This document shows positions 29,647-38,781 of a stretch of DNA of 64,000 nt, piece by piece. The notes under the pieces are model-generated. The model saw only the letters and a list, made by a program, of their open reading frames with translations, was not told the origin of the DNA and searched no databases. Made by a program: the position numbers and the translations under genes. The first letter of the stretch is position 1, and every line of letters begins with the position of its first letter. Source of the DNA: an uncultured bacterium (GTDB lineage: Bacteria > Hydrothermota > UBA3073 > NMUJ01 > CBEVQO01); the NCBI GenBank assembly GCA_965552055.1, contig CBEVQO010000004.1:169833-233832 (forward strand), in the 5' to 3' direction.

Positions 29647-30776
29647 TTGAATAATAGCCTGAGAAGCAAAGGAGTAAATATTGCCGTCACCAGCGATAAA
29701 ATTACGGTTAACGAGAATTCAAAATGACCTATTAGATTTTTTGAAAGCCCGATAGATGCGATTATCAAAGCTACTTCGCCTCTGGGTACCATTCCTACTC
29801 CGATTCTCAAAGATGTTTTTGCAGGCAGCTTTGCTATTTTCGCACCAAGTCCGCATCCTATTATTTTGCTCATTATAGCGATTAAAATAAAACAAATGAG
29901 GAATAAAACATTGCCCGAAATTTTGTGAATTTGTGCTTTTAAACCTATGTTTGTGAAGAAAACAGGGACAAATAGACCATGAGCCATTGCTTCTAATTCT
30001 CGCATTACTTCTCTTCTCATCTCCCTGCTTGAAAAAAGTCCAGCAAGATATGCTCCTGTTATTTCTGCTATGCCCATAGATTTTGCGAACCATGCATAGA
30101 AGAGCACGGTAGATAGTGCTATCGCAATAGTTGCACGAGAAGCACGCAAGCGCTTTGAAAATTTATAAGAACGACGAACGAGAAAAAAACCAAGAAAAGA
30201 TGCTATAACAAAGAAAATTATCATCTTTGCGAAAGAGATAAAAATACGGGTTTCTTTTCCAATTAAACTTAAAACGAATGCTAAAAGTATAACAGAGAGT
30301 GCATCGTCAATTACCGCAGCAGATAAAATTGTCCTCCCTTCGATTGTTTCGAGTTTTTTAAGGTCATAAAGTGTCATCACAGTGATTGCCACAGAAGTTG
30401 CAGTTAAAATTGTGCCAAGGAAAAGTGACTTATTTACTTCAAAGCCAAAACTTCTTGCAATACAGAAACCAAGAAAAAAAGGAAGCACCACTCCCCATAT
30501 AGCCGTTGTAAAAGATATGCGAGCTTCTTTGCGTACCTGAGCAATATCGGTTTCGAGACCAGCCATAAAAAGTAAAAGTATCGCTCCAATCTCTGAAAAT
30601 ACTTCAATAACTTCGTTGGAACGCAAAAATTTAAAACCAGATTCCCCGAGAATTAATCCTGTAAGTAATAGACCAAAGACAGGTGGTTGTTTTATTTTTT
30701 CACAAAAATGTGATACGATTTTCGAAAGAAAGATGACGACCGCAAGCTCAAATAATATGTTTTTCAACCCATACAT
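29643..30776 (-). CDS. Cation:proton antiporter (CPA2, NapA/GerN-like)
   Basis: LLFMAGLE, TATSVAIT, AAVIDD, GMVPRGE. Confidence 0.9.
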   Translation of the reverse strand: MYGLKNILFELAVVIFLSKIVSHFCEKIKQPPVFGLLLTGLILGESGFKFLRSNEVIEVFSEIGAILLLFMAGLETDIAQVRKEARISFTTAIWGVVLPFFLGFCIARSFGFEVNKSLFLGTILTATSVAITVMTLYDLKKLETIEGRTILSAAVIDDALSVILLAFVLSLIGKETRIFISFAKMIIFFVIASFLGFFLVRRSYKFSKRLRASRATIAIALSTVLFYAWFAKSMGIAEITGAYLAGLFSSREMRREVMRELEAMAHGLFVPVFFTNIGLKAQIHKISGNVLFLICFILIAIMSKIIGCGLGAKIAKLPAKTSLRIGVGMVPRGEVALIIASIGLSKNLIGHFEFSLTVILSLVTAIFTPLLLRLLFK

Positions 30777-31188
30777 TCAAAATTTCGAGCAAATTTATCT
30801 CCCCTATTACTCTGTCTTCCTCATCTACTACAGGTGCTTCTTCTATACCGTTTTCGAGCATTTTCTTTAAAACTTCCTCAATGTTATCTTCGTCTCTTAC
30901 CTTTAAAGGTGCTTCTATCATTATTTCTTTTGCACATCTACCACGAAATGTATGTAAAATTTCATAACCTGTTTCAATTTTTATCACTTCAGGGAAAATA
31001 ATTTCTACAATGTCATCAAGGGTAATTATCCCTTTTAATCTGTTTTCTTTATCGACTACATAAATGGTTCTTGTTTTTGGATTATCGCAGAATGCTAAAG
31101 CGATTTCTGGAAGTGTTTCATCTTCTTCAACGGTCGCAGGCGTATCACAAATCAATTTTCTTACATTTTTCACTTTTATTTTTTGCAT
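30748..31188 (-). CDS. CBS-domain protein
   Basis: Two CBS repeats (YVVDKENRLKGII; PVVDEEDRVIGEI). ATG 31188 lies 6 nt after a TATCAT -10 box. Confidence 0.85.
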   Translation of the reverse strand: MQKIKVKNVRKLICDTPATVEEDETLPEIALAFCDNPKTRTIYVVDKENRLKGIITLDDIVEIIFPEVIKIETGYEILHTFRGRCAKEIMIEAPLKVRDEDNIEEVLKKMLENGIEEAPVVDEEDRVIGEINLLEILNVWVEKHII

Positions 31189-31251
31189 TACAAAATGATA
31201 ATCATTTTGCTGATATGTCAAGGGATAAATTTTATAAATTCAAAAAAATGC

Positions 31252-31278
31252 TTGACATCTTCTTATTGTCTATAAACT
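31252..31278 (+). promoter_or_regulatory. Promoter TTGACA-N15-TAAACT for kbl, divergent from a minus-strand TTGACA-N15-TATCAT (31221-31195)
   Basis: Counted spacers are 15 nt on both strands. Confidence 0.6.
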
Positions 31279-31297
31279 TATTGATAAAGGAGGGGTT

Positions 31298-32473
31298 ATG
31301 ATTGAACTTGATTTTTTACAGGAAGAAATTAATAAACTGAAAGAAGAAGGCAGGTATAACATAATAAGGACGATTGGCAGTGCTCAGGGTTCGTGGATTA
31401 TCTGTGATGGCAAAAAGGTGCTGAATATGTGCTCCAACAATTATCTTGGATTCGCAAACGACCCTGTTTTAAAAGAGCGTGCCAAAAAAGCAATTGATAA
31501 ATATGGCGTGGGACCAGCAGCTGTTAGAAGCATCGCAGGAACACTTGACCTTCATCTTGAACTCGAAAAGAAGCTCGCAGAATTCAAAAAAGTAGAAGCA
31601 ACCCTCTCTTTACAATCAGGATTTATTTGCAATGTCGCCACAATTCAGGCAATAATGTCTTCACCCGATGATGTTATAATTTCTGACGAACTAAATCATG
31701 CGTCAATAATAGACGGATGTAGATTGACAAAAGCACAGCGTCACATTTATAAACATCTTGATGTTAATCATCTTGAAGATGTGTTGAAAAATGTAAAAGG
31801 AAGGCGTAAAATGATTATAACGGATGGTGTTTTTTCAATGGATGGAGATATTGCGCCTTTGCCCGATATCGTTGAAGTAGCAGAAAAATATGGTGCAATG
31901 GTTATGGTTGATGATGCTCACGGTGAAGGTGTACTCGGAGACCATGGCAGGGGCATTACAGATTATTATGGGTTACACGGAAGAGTTGACATCGAAATAG
32001 GCACTTTATCAAAGGCATTTGGTGTTGTGGGTGGCTATGTTGCTGGTAGTTCTACTTTAATCGAATTTTTGCGTCAAACAGCAAGACCTTTCTTATTCTC
32101 TTCAGCAGTAACAGCAGCAGATGTAGCAGCATGCATCGCAGCAACGGAAATTTTGATGGAATCAGATGAAAGGGTTAAAAAATTATGGGACAACACAAAT
32201 TATTTCAAACAAAAACTAAAAGAACTTGGATTTGATACAGGACAGAGCAAAACACCGATAACCCCTGTAATGCTTGGAGACGAAAAATTGGCATGGAATT
32301 TCTCAAAGAGACTTTTCGAAGAAGGGATATTCGCCCAGGCAATCTGCTATCCCACAGTGCCCCGTGGTAAAGCAAGAATAAGGCTAATGGTATCCGCTAC
32401 TCATTCAAAAGATGACCTTGATTTTTGTCTCGAAAAATTTGAAAAGATAGGAAAAGAGTTGAGAGTTATCTAA
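31298..32473 (+). CDS. kbl: Glycine C-acetyltransferase / AON-synthase family PLP enzyme
   Basis: [51 protein letters not shown]. Confidence 0.9.
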   Translation: MIELDFLQEEINKLKEEGRYNIIRTIGSAQGSWIICDGKKVLNMCSNNYLGFANDPVLKERAKKAIDKYGVGPAAVRSIAGTLDLHLELEKKLAEFKKVEATLSLQSGFICNVATIQAIMSSPDDVIISDELNHASIIDGCRLTKAQRHIYKHLDVNHLEDVLKNVKGRRKMIITDGVFSMDGDIAPLPDIVEVAEKYGAMVMVDDAHGEGVLGDHGRGITDYYGLHGRVDIEIGTLSKAFGVVGGYVAGSSTLIEFLRQTARPFLFSSAVTAADVAACIAATEILMESDERVKKLWDNTNYFKQKLKELGFDTGQSKTPITPVMLGDEKLAWNFSKRLFEEGIFAQAICYPTVPRGKARIRLMVSATHSKDDLDFCLEKFEKIGKELRVI

Positions 32474-32474
32474 A

Positions 32475-33668
32475 TTGGACATACTTTTATTTATTGCAAT
32501 CGCATTAATTTGCGGATATATCGGTGGTAAAATAAGTAACCGTTTTCGTTCGCCTGCCGTTGTAGGATATTTAATAGTTGGGTTATTACTCGGACCTTCT
32601 GTCTTTAAAGTTTTCGATTTAAAGACACTCGATAAACTCGGTATTATTTCCGATGTTACTCTTTCTGTTGTTGCTTTCATAATAGGTAGTGAAATGTTAC
32701 TCAGCACTTTGCGAAGAATTGGCAAAGGCATCGCCATAATAATTTTGAGCGAATCATTTCTTGCATACTTCCTGGTTCTAATCGGTGTTTATCTTTTGAC
32801 CCATAAACTTTATCTTGCTTTGATTTTCGGTGCAATGGCTCCTGCTTCTGCACCTGCTGGCACTGTTGCAGTTGTGCAGGAATATCGTGCAAAAGGACCG
32901 CTTACAGATGCCTTGTTTGCAGTAGTGGGACTTGACGATGGACTCGCGATAATGATTTATGCATTCTCATCTGCACTCGCAAAAATGTTAATAACAGGAA
33001 AATCAATATCTGTGGCAGAAGCCATAGGCAAACCTCTACTTGAAATAACAATCGCAATAGCACTTGGTGCAGGGATAGGTTTTCTTATGGGCTTACTTAT
33101 GCAAAAAATAAGAACAACAGAAGAACTTCTTACAACAACATTTGCGGGAATATTTTTATGCACGGGATTGTCAAAACTCCTTCACTGTTCGCTCATTCTG
33201 TCAAATTTAAGTTTAGGTATGGTTTTTGCCAATCTTTATCTTCGCACAAATAGAAGGGCATACAGGGCAATTGAGCCTTTATCTTATCCCCTTTACATTG
33301 TGTTTTTCCTTATAGCTGGTGCACATCTACAAATAAAACTTTTACCTGCGATGGGTGCCATTGGTGTAATTTATATAATTTTAAGGTCATTGGGACTTAT
33401 AGCAGGTGCTTCACTTGGTGCAACTATTGCTCGCGCACCTTCTGTTATGCGTAAATACCTAGGCTTTGGTATTTTATCGCAGGCAGGTGTAGCTGTAGGA
33501 CTCGCTATGCTTGTAACACGAGAATTCGCACAGCTTGGGGATGCAGGTGCTCATCTCGCTACCACAACCATAAACATAATAGCAGCGACAACCATATTCT
33601 TTGAAATTATAGGACCAATCGGTGTAAAATTTGCATTATCAAAAGCAGGAGAAATCGGCAAAAGATGA
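32475..33668 (+). CDS. Cation:proton antiporter (paralogue of 28441-29646)
   Basis: PAVVGY, ASAPA, EYRAKGPLT, GLDD, SQAGVAVGL; TTG start. Confidence 0.88.
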   Translation: MDILLFIAIALICGYIGGKISNRFRSPAVVGYLIVGLLLGPSVFKVFDLKTLDKLGIISDVTLSVVAFIIGSEMLLSTLRRIGKGIAIIILSESFLAYFLVLIGVYLLTHKLYLALIFGAMAPASAPAGTVAVVQEYRAKGPLTDALFAVVGLDDGLAIMIYAFSSALAKMLITGKSISVAEAIGKPLLEITIAIALGAGIGFLMGLLMQKIRTTEELLTTTFAGIFLCTGLSKLLHCSLILSNLSLGMVFANLYLRTNRRAYRAIEPLSYPLYIVFFLIAGAHLQIKLLPAMGAIGVIYIILRSLGLIAGASLGATIARAPSVMRKYLGFGILSQAGVAVGLAMLVTREFAQLGDAGAHLATTTINIIAATTIFFEIIGPIGVKFALSKAGEIGKR

Positions 33669-34639
33669 GAATAACTTTAGCACATGGAGCAGGAGGAAAA
33701 GCACAATATGACCTTCTCAAAAATCACATTCTAAAATATTTTGGTAATGAAATACTTACAAAACTTGAAGATAGTGCAATACTTGAAGATATTGTTTTTA
33801 CAACAGATTCTTATACAGTATCTCCTGTATTTTTCCCTGGTGGTGATATAGGCAAGCTCGCTATCTCAGGCACTATAAACGACATTCTATGTGCAGGAGC
33901 CAGCCCCCTATACATAAGTTTTTCAATAATATGTGAAGAAGGTTTTGAAATTGAGAATCTTGAAAAAATTTTAGAATCTGCAAAGAAAGAAGCAGAATTC
34001 TCTGGCGTCAAAATAGTTTGTGGCGACTTCAAGGTTGTGGAGCATGGTAAGATTGACAGCATTTTTATAAATACTTCGGGAATAGGCAAAGCAATTTATA
34101 ATTATTCGCCCGATAAAATAAAAGTTGGTGATAAAATAATAGTTACGGGGACAATTGGAGACCATGGGATTGCGATTGTATGTGCAAGAGGTGAACTTGG
34201 TTTGATGTCCGATATTAAAAGTGATTGCAGAGCATTGATTAAATTTCTTGATATTTTTGATGAGAATATTCATTGTGTTAGAGACCCTACTCGTGGTGGA
34301 CTTGGTGGCATCCTTGCAGAAATATGTGAGGGCAAAGAATGGGGGATAGAAATATGGGAAGAAAAAATCCCTGTAAATGGAGAAGTAAAATCTGCATGCG
34401 AATTGCTTGGCTTTGACTATATATATCTTGCGAATGAAGGCAAATTTGTGATTTTTGTTGATAAAGATTATGCAGATGAAATTTTAAGTAAAATAAGAAA
34501 TTTGGAAGAAGGCAAATATGCAGAGATTATAGGCGAGGTTGTTTCATCGCATCAAGGTAGGGTGCTTTTACATACCGGTGTGGGCGGTGCACGCATAATA
34601 GACCTGCCATCAGGCGAACTCCTTCCCCGCATCTGCTAA
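33665..34639 (+). CDS. hypE: Hydrogenase maturation protein HypE
   Basis: AHGAGG, TTDSY..P.FFPGGDIG, RDPTRGG, ANEG, C-terminal PRIC. Confidence 0.95.
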   Translation: MRITLAHGAGGKAQYDLLKNHILKYFGNEILTKLEDSAILEDIVFTTDSYTVSPVFFPGGDIGKLAISGTINDILCAGASPLYISFSIICEEGFEIENLEKILESAKKEAEFSGVKIVCGDFKVVEHGKIDSIFINTSGIGKAIYNYSPDKIKVGDKIIVTGTIGDHGIAIVCARGELGLMSDIKSDCRALIKFLDIFDENIHCVRDPTRGGLGGILAEICEGKEWGIEIWEEKIPVNGEVKSACELLGFDYIYLANEGKFVIFVDKDYADEILSKIRNLEEGKYAEIIGEVVSSHQGRVLLHTGVGGARIIDLPSGELLPRIC

Positions 34640-35881
34640 CACAAAATAAAAAGCAGGCATTATTTTTATACTTACATCTTCCTTTATCTCTCCAAAATCT
34701 TCCAGAGTTATTAAATAACCCTCTTTTACATCTAATTTTTTCAGAGCTTTTTTAAATTTTCTAACACTCACCTTATCTGCTTTTAATTTGCACTCAATAG
34801 GTATAATTTTATCTCCCTTGCGTAATATTATGTCAATCTCTGTTTGATTTTTCCTGAAATAATTTTGTGGGTTTATTTCATTTATGATGAATGTTTCAAG
34901 AATTTCGCCTGTCATTTTATGCATGTTTTCCATAAAAATGAAACCTGTCGATGATGGATAAATCTTCCTATTTTTGCGTGAAGAAGTAAGGGTTCCTTTT
35001 CTGAAATTTGAAAGTATTTTTATAAGCATCGCATATTTCAAATAATGGATATAATTTGCAATGGTGCGTCTATCCCTGTTAAATTGGTTTGATAAATTTT
35101 CATACGAAATCATTAAACCGGGAGAGGAAAAAAATAACTTCAATAAATTTTCGAGTAATTCAAAATCTTTTAATCCAAATTCAAGAGGCAAATCTTTATA
35201 AATAATTCTATCTATAACCGAATTTTTGAAATACATTTTTATTTTCTCATCATCCTCTTCAAATGTAAGTTCGGGAAATCCTCCTTTTTTAATAAAATCA
35301 AAAAACAAGGGAAGAATTTGAGGGGCAATGAGTTTGGGATTTGATAAATCGAATTCTTTTCCCATCATTTTCAGAAATTCCCGAAAAGATAAAATAGGAA
35401 GTGTAAATTCAAAAACTCTTCCTGCGAGACTTTCTGCACTCTTCTTCTGCAAAATAAGCGATGCAGAACCCGTTAAGAAAAATTTCAGCATGGGATAAAG
35501 GTCATAATAAACTTTTATTTTATTAGCCCAGTCATCTGCTTTCTGTATTTCATCAAAAAATATATAAACTCTTTCTTCACCTATCTCTTTGTTTAAAATT
35601 TCATTGTGATAAATTTTTAAAATATCATCAATTTTTGACCTGCTTACATCAAAGGAAAAATAAAGAATGTTTTTAGGATTTACCTTTTTGAGCAATTCAT
35701 TTATTATTTGATAAATCAATACTGTTTTGCCGACTCTTCTCATTCCTGTCAGAAGAATTATTTGCCTTGTTTCAATTTGTTTTATGAGTTTATAAAATAA
35801 ATCCCTTTTGAATTCAAAGAGCAATCCATCCGGAACCCTCCCGGTAGCCCACCATGGATTAAACCTAAAAATCTCCTCCAC
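34610..35881 (-). CDS. ATP-binding protein (AAA_14 + DUF4143-type)
   Basis: NPWW, GMRRVGKT, FDEIQ, TGSAS, ESLAGR, GGFP, EID...PIECK. Confidence 0.9.
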   Translation of the reverse strand: MEEIFRFNPWWATGRVPDGLLFEFKRDLFYKLIKQIETRQIILLTGMRRVGKTVLIYQIINELLKKVNPKNILYFSFDVSRSKIDDILKIYHNEILNKEIGEERVYIFFDEIQKADDWANKIKVYYDLYPMLKFFLTGSASLILQKKSAESLAGRVFEFTLPILSFREFLKMMGKEFDLSNPKLIAPQILPLFFDFIKKGGFPELTFEEDDEKIKMYFKNSVIDRIIYKDLPLEFGLKDFELLENLLKLFFSSPGLMISYENLSNQFNRDRRTIANYIHYLKYAMLIKILSNFRKGTLTSSRKNRKIYPSSTGFIFMENMHKMTGEILETFIINEINPQNYFRKNQTEIDIILRKGDKIIPIECKLKADKVSVRKFKKALKKLDVKEGYLITLEDFGEIKEDVSIKIMPAFYFVLADAGKEFA

Positions 35882-35972
35882 ACATATTATAACCAGAAAT
35901 AAAATTTTGTCAAGATTTTTTCATCATGATGCACAAAAAATTAAATTATTCGTACATTGCGATGTACAAATA

Positions 35973-36578
35973 TTAATCTTTTGATATTTCTACGATAGTG
36001 CCTTCTTTTATCAGGTTGAAAAGTTTTATTATATCTTTATTTCTCATTCTGATACAGCCGTGTGATGAAGGGGTACCTATTAATCCTTCTTCTGGTGTTC
36101 CGTGTATGTAGATACATCTCTCTTTTGTATCAACATCTCCTCCTTTGTTGATACCTTCTTCTAAACCTTCGAGCCATATTATTCTTGTAGTTATAATGTC
36201 TTCTTCGGAACATCGTTTAAGTGTGCATATTTCTGCAATTTCGTTTGTTGGTCTTCTAAATCTGAATATAGTACCGATTTTGGCATTTTCACCTATTTTC
36301 TTATAAACACGATGTGTGCCAGTGGGAGTTTTGAAACTTCCTTTTTTATTGCCTATGCCATATTTAGAAGTAGAAACATCGTAAATTTCTATGATTTTTT
36401 TGCCTTTGAGAAGATAAAGCTTTTGTCGTGCTATGCTTACAATGACGAATATTTCGTTTTCTATGCCATATTTTCTTTTGAGTTTTTCAGTCACTTTTCT
36501 TATTATAAAAGGAATCTGGGCATCGCTCAACAGAGAGGCGCAACTAATAAATAATATTATTGCAATAATCCTTCTCAT
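35973..36578 (-). CDS. L,D-transpeptidase (YkuD family)
   Basis: TPTG, IYIHGT, SHGCIRM. Confidence 0.9.
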   Translation of the reverse strand: MRRIIAIILFISCASLLSDAQIPFIIRKVTEKLKRKYGIENEIFVIVSIARQKLYLLKGKKIIEIYDVSTSKYGIGNKKGSFKTPTGTHRVYKKIGENAKIGTIFRFRRPTNEIAEICTLKRCSEEDIITTRIIWLEGLEEGINKGGDVDTKERCIYIHGTPEEGLIGTPSSHGCIRMRNKDIIKLFNLIKEGTIVEISKD

Positions 36579-36664
36579 AATTATTTTTAAAAATTTGACA
36601 GGATTGTCAATAAAAATATTGACAGATTGATTGTGTGATTAACATAATAAAAATGGGGTTTGAA

Positions 36665-37636
36665 ATGATACTTCTAATCTTACTTTTAAAATTGCCGGGG
36701 TGGGTTAAATCTCCTCCTTCTTACCATTATGTGGGTGTAGCTGAGCATTCGCGACTTGATAGTGCACTCATTCTCGCAACTACAAATGCAATCAAAGAAG
36801 TAATAAAAGCACTTGCGGTTAAAATTGAAACAGAATTTGAAACAAGAGAATTATCGCAAAAAGGTAATTATGATGTTAAAATAAAAGGAAGAACGATGGA
36901 GCGTGCAAGGGGGTATATATCTGGTGTGAAAAGAGTTGCTTATCACGATGAGAGGGTGAAAAATGGCTTCAGAGTATGGGCAATGGTGAGGGTAAATCCC
37001 GAAGATTTTGAAAAAGCAAAAAGAGAAATTGAAGAATCAAATAAAAGATTGAGAGAATATGCTCAAAAATTGATAGAAGAAGCAAAGGAAAAAGAGAAAA
37101 GAAAAGATTTTTATGGTGCATTCCTGAATTATAAAGCAGTTCTTGATGTGTGCAAAGAAATAGATGCAAAAGATCTGGAAAAAATCGCACAAATTGGTAT
37201 TGAAAATTTGCTTGAAGTAGCAGGAAAAGATATATTGCTCGAGATAAAACCAGAGGATTTTAGATTGAAAGAAGTTTATCTTGTGGATTTAAATGGTGAT
37301 AAAATCCCCAATCAAATAAAAATTGGAAAGGGTATAAAGATAAAAGTTAAAATCGCAAAGCCATCTTACATTTATATTTTGAGTTATGACAAAGAAGAAG
37401 AAAGATTTTACTGGATTCTGCCCTGTATCTATGAGAAAGAAAACTTTTTTACAGGAGATGTTATTTTGCCTCAAAAGATAAAGATAAAAGCTGTGCCACC
37501 TGCTGGCAGGAATGAAATTTTGATATTTGCAACCGATAAACCTGTAAATTGCGGGGATATAAAGGAATTTTTAAACGATTTAAAGAGGGTAAAATTTGAC
37601 ATAAAAAAGATAATCTGCTGGCTGGTGGAGGATTAA
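36665..37636 (+). CDS. Exported protein with an LPP20-like N-domain and a DUF4384-like C-domain
   Basis: LPGWV..P..YVGV; KPSYIYILSYD...WILP...PPAGRNEILIFAT. Confidence 0.6.
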   Translation: MILLILLLKLPGWVKSPPSYHYVGVAEHSRLDSALILATTNAIKEVIKALAVKIETEFETRELSQKGNYDVKIKGRTMERARGYISGVKRVAYHDERVKNGFRVWAMVRVNPEDFEKAKREIEESNKRLREYAQKLIEEAKEKEKRKDFYGAFLNYKAVLDVCKEIDAKDLEKIAQIGIENLLEVAGKDILLEIKPEDFRLKEVYLVDLNGDKIPNQIKIGKGIKIKVKIAKPSYIYILSYDKEEERFYWILPCIYEKENFFTGDVILPQKIKIKAVPPAGRNEILIFATDKPVNCGDIKEFLNDLKRVKFDIKKIICWLVED

Positions 37637-38781
37637 AGATTATTTGCAATTTTACCATATTCTGTGAAGCATTTTAATGCCTCTTTGTAAGTTAATCTTT
37701 CTTTTTCATTTGGGTGATTCATGGCAGACCTTATTCCTTCTTCTGGGTCGATATCCGTAACAGGTGAATCCGAGCCAAAAGCGAGTATTATACCCCTTTT
37801 AAAAGCGCTCTTCAACGGGTTTAACCTCATCGCCCTTTCTTTCCCCAATCTCTCAATATACAAATTTTTAAATTTTGTACAAAAAGAAGGTTGCATTGAC
37901 AAAATTATACCATACTTTGCTACAATATCAAGTTGTTCCTCTGTTATAGCTTCTGCATGTTCTATTCTGTTGCCTGCATTTCCGACTCTTTCGTAAGATT
38001 TCACAACCACTTCCACTGCTTTATCACCGATGGCATGCAAGGCAACCCGTAAACCTTTATCATTTGCCTTTTTAACAAATTCATAAATTTCTTCTTCTGT
38101 TTTATAAAGAATTCCATATTCACCGGGAGCATCACGGTATTCTTCTTTAAATGCAGAAGTGCGAGAAGATATGGAGCCATCCACAAGTAAACATCCGCCT
38201 ATCTGTTTGAGACCGAGATTCAAAACTTCATCAATATTCCATGTTTGGATGAAAGGTGTAACTTTTAAATCAATTTTATCTTCTATTTCTTTAAATATCA
38301 GGTATTCTTTAATATTCGAAAAGAGACCGGATATTGCCCATACATTTTTTTCTTTGCATATTTTTGCAGTATAAAAAATCGCTTCTTTTATTTTTTCTTC
38401 GTCTGTTCTTTCTTTTAAAAAAGCCATTACTTTTTCAAAATCTTTTCCCCTTAATAAACCGTCTTTTGTTTTGATTTTTAAAATTTCCTCAGCTTTTGAA
38501 TTTATTACACATGAATGTAAATCTTCACGCACTATAATAACAGGTCTTTTACTTTCGACTTTGTCAATTTCGTCTTTTAACGGTAATCTTTTTTCTTTAA
38601 GATTATAGGGAATTAGCTGGTAAAACTCGACAAAATCTCTTTCATCTTTTTTGATTTTTTCAAGAATTTCTTCAATACTTTTACAATTTGCGAGAGAATA
38701 TTTTTTAACGATGCCTGTTTCGACGATATGCACATGTGAGTCTATAAATTTTACCTCAGTATTACTATTTTTCCTCTGCAT
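37633..38781 (-). CDS. Amidohydrolase family protein (YtcJ-like)
   Basis: FIDSHVH, DGSISSRT, HAIGD, RIEHA, MQP, GSDSPV. Confidence 0.85.
   Translation of the reverse strand: MQRKNSNTEVKFIDSHVHIVETGIVKKYSLANCKSIEEILEKIKKDERDFVEFYQLIPYNLKEKRLPLKDEIDKVESKRPVIIVREDLHSCVINSKAEEILKIKTKDGLLRGKDFEKVMAFLKERTDEEKIKEAIFYTAKICKEKNVWAISGLFSNIKEYLIFKEIEDKIDLKVTPFIQTWNIDEVLNLGLKQIGGCLLVDGSISSRTSAFKEEYRDAPGEYGILYKTEEEIYEFVKKANDKGLRVALHAIGDKAVEVVVKSYERVGNAGNRIEHAEAITEEQLDIVAKYGIILSMQPSFCTKFKNLYIERLGKERAMRLNPLKSAFKRGIILAFGSDSPVTDIDPEEGIRSAMNHPNEKERLTYKEALKCFTEYGKIANNL

Noticed and set aside
35952..35967. GTACAT-N4-ATGTAC palindrome
   Set aside because: Only 6-bp arms and a single occurrence.
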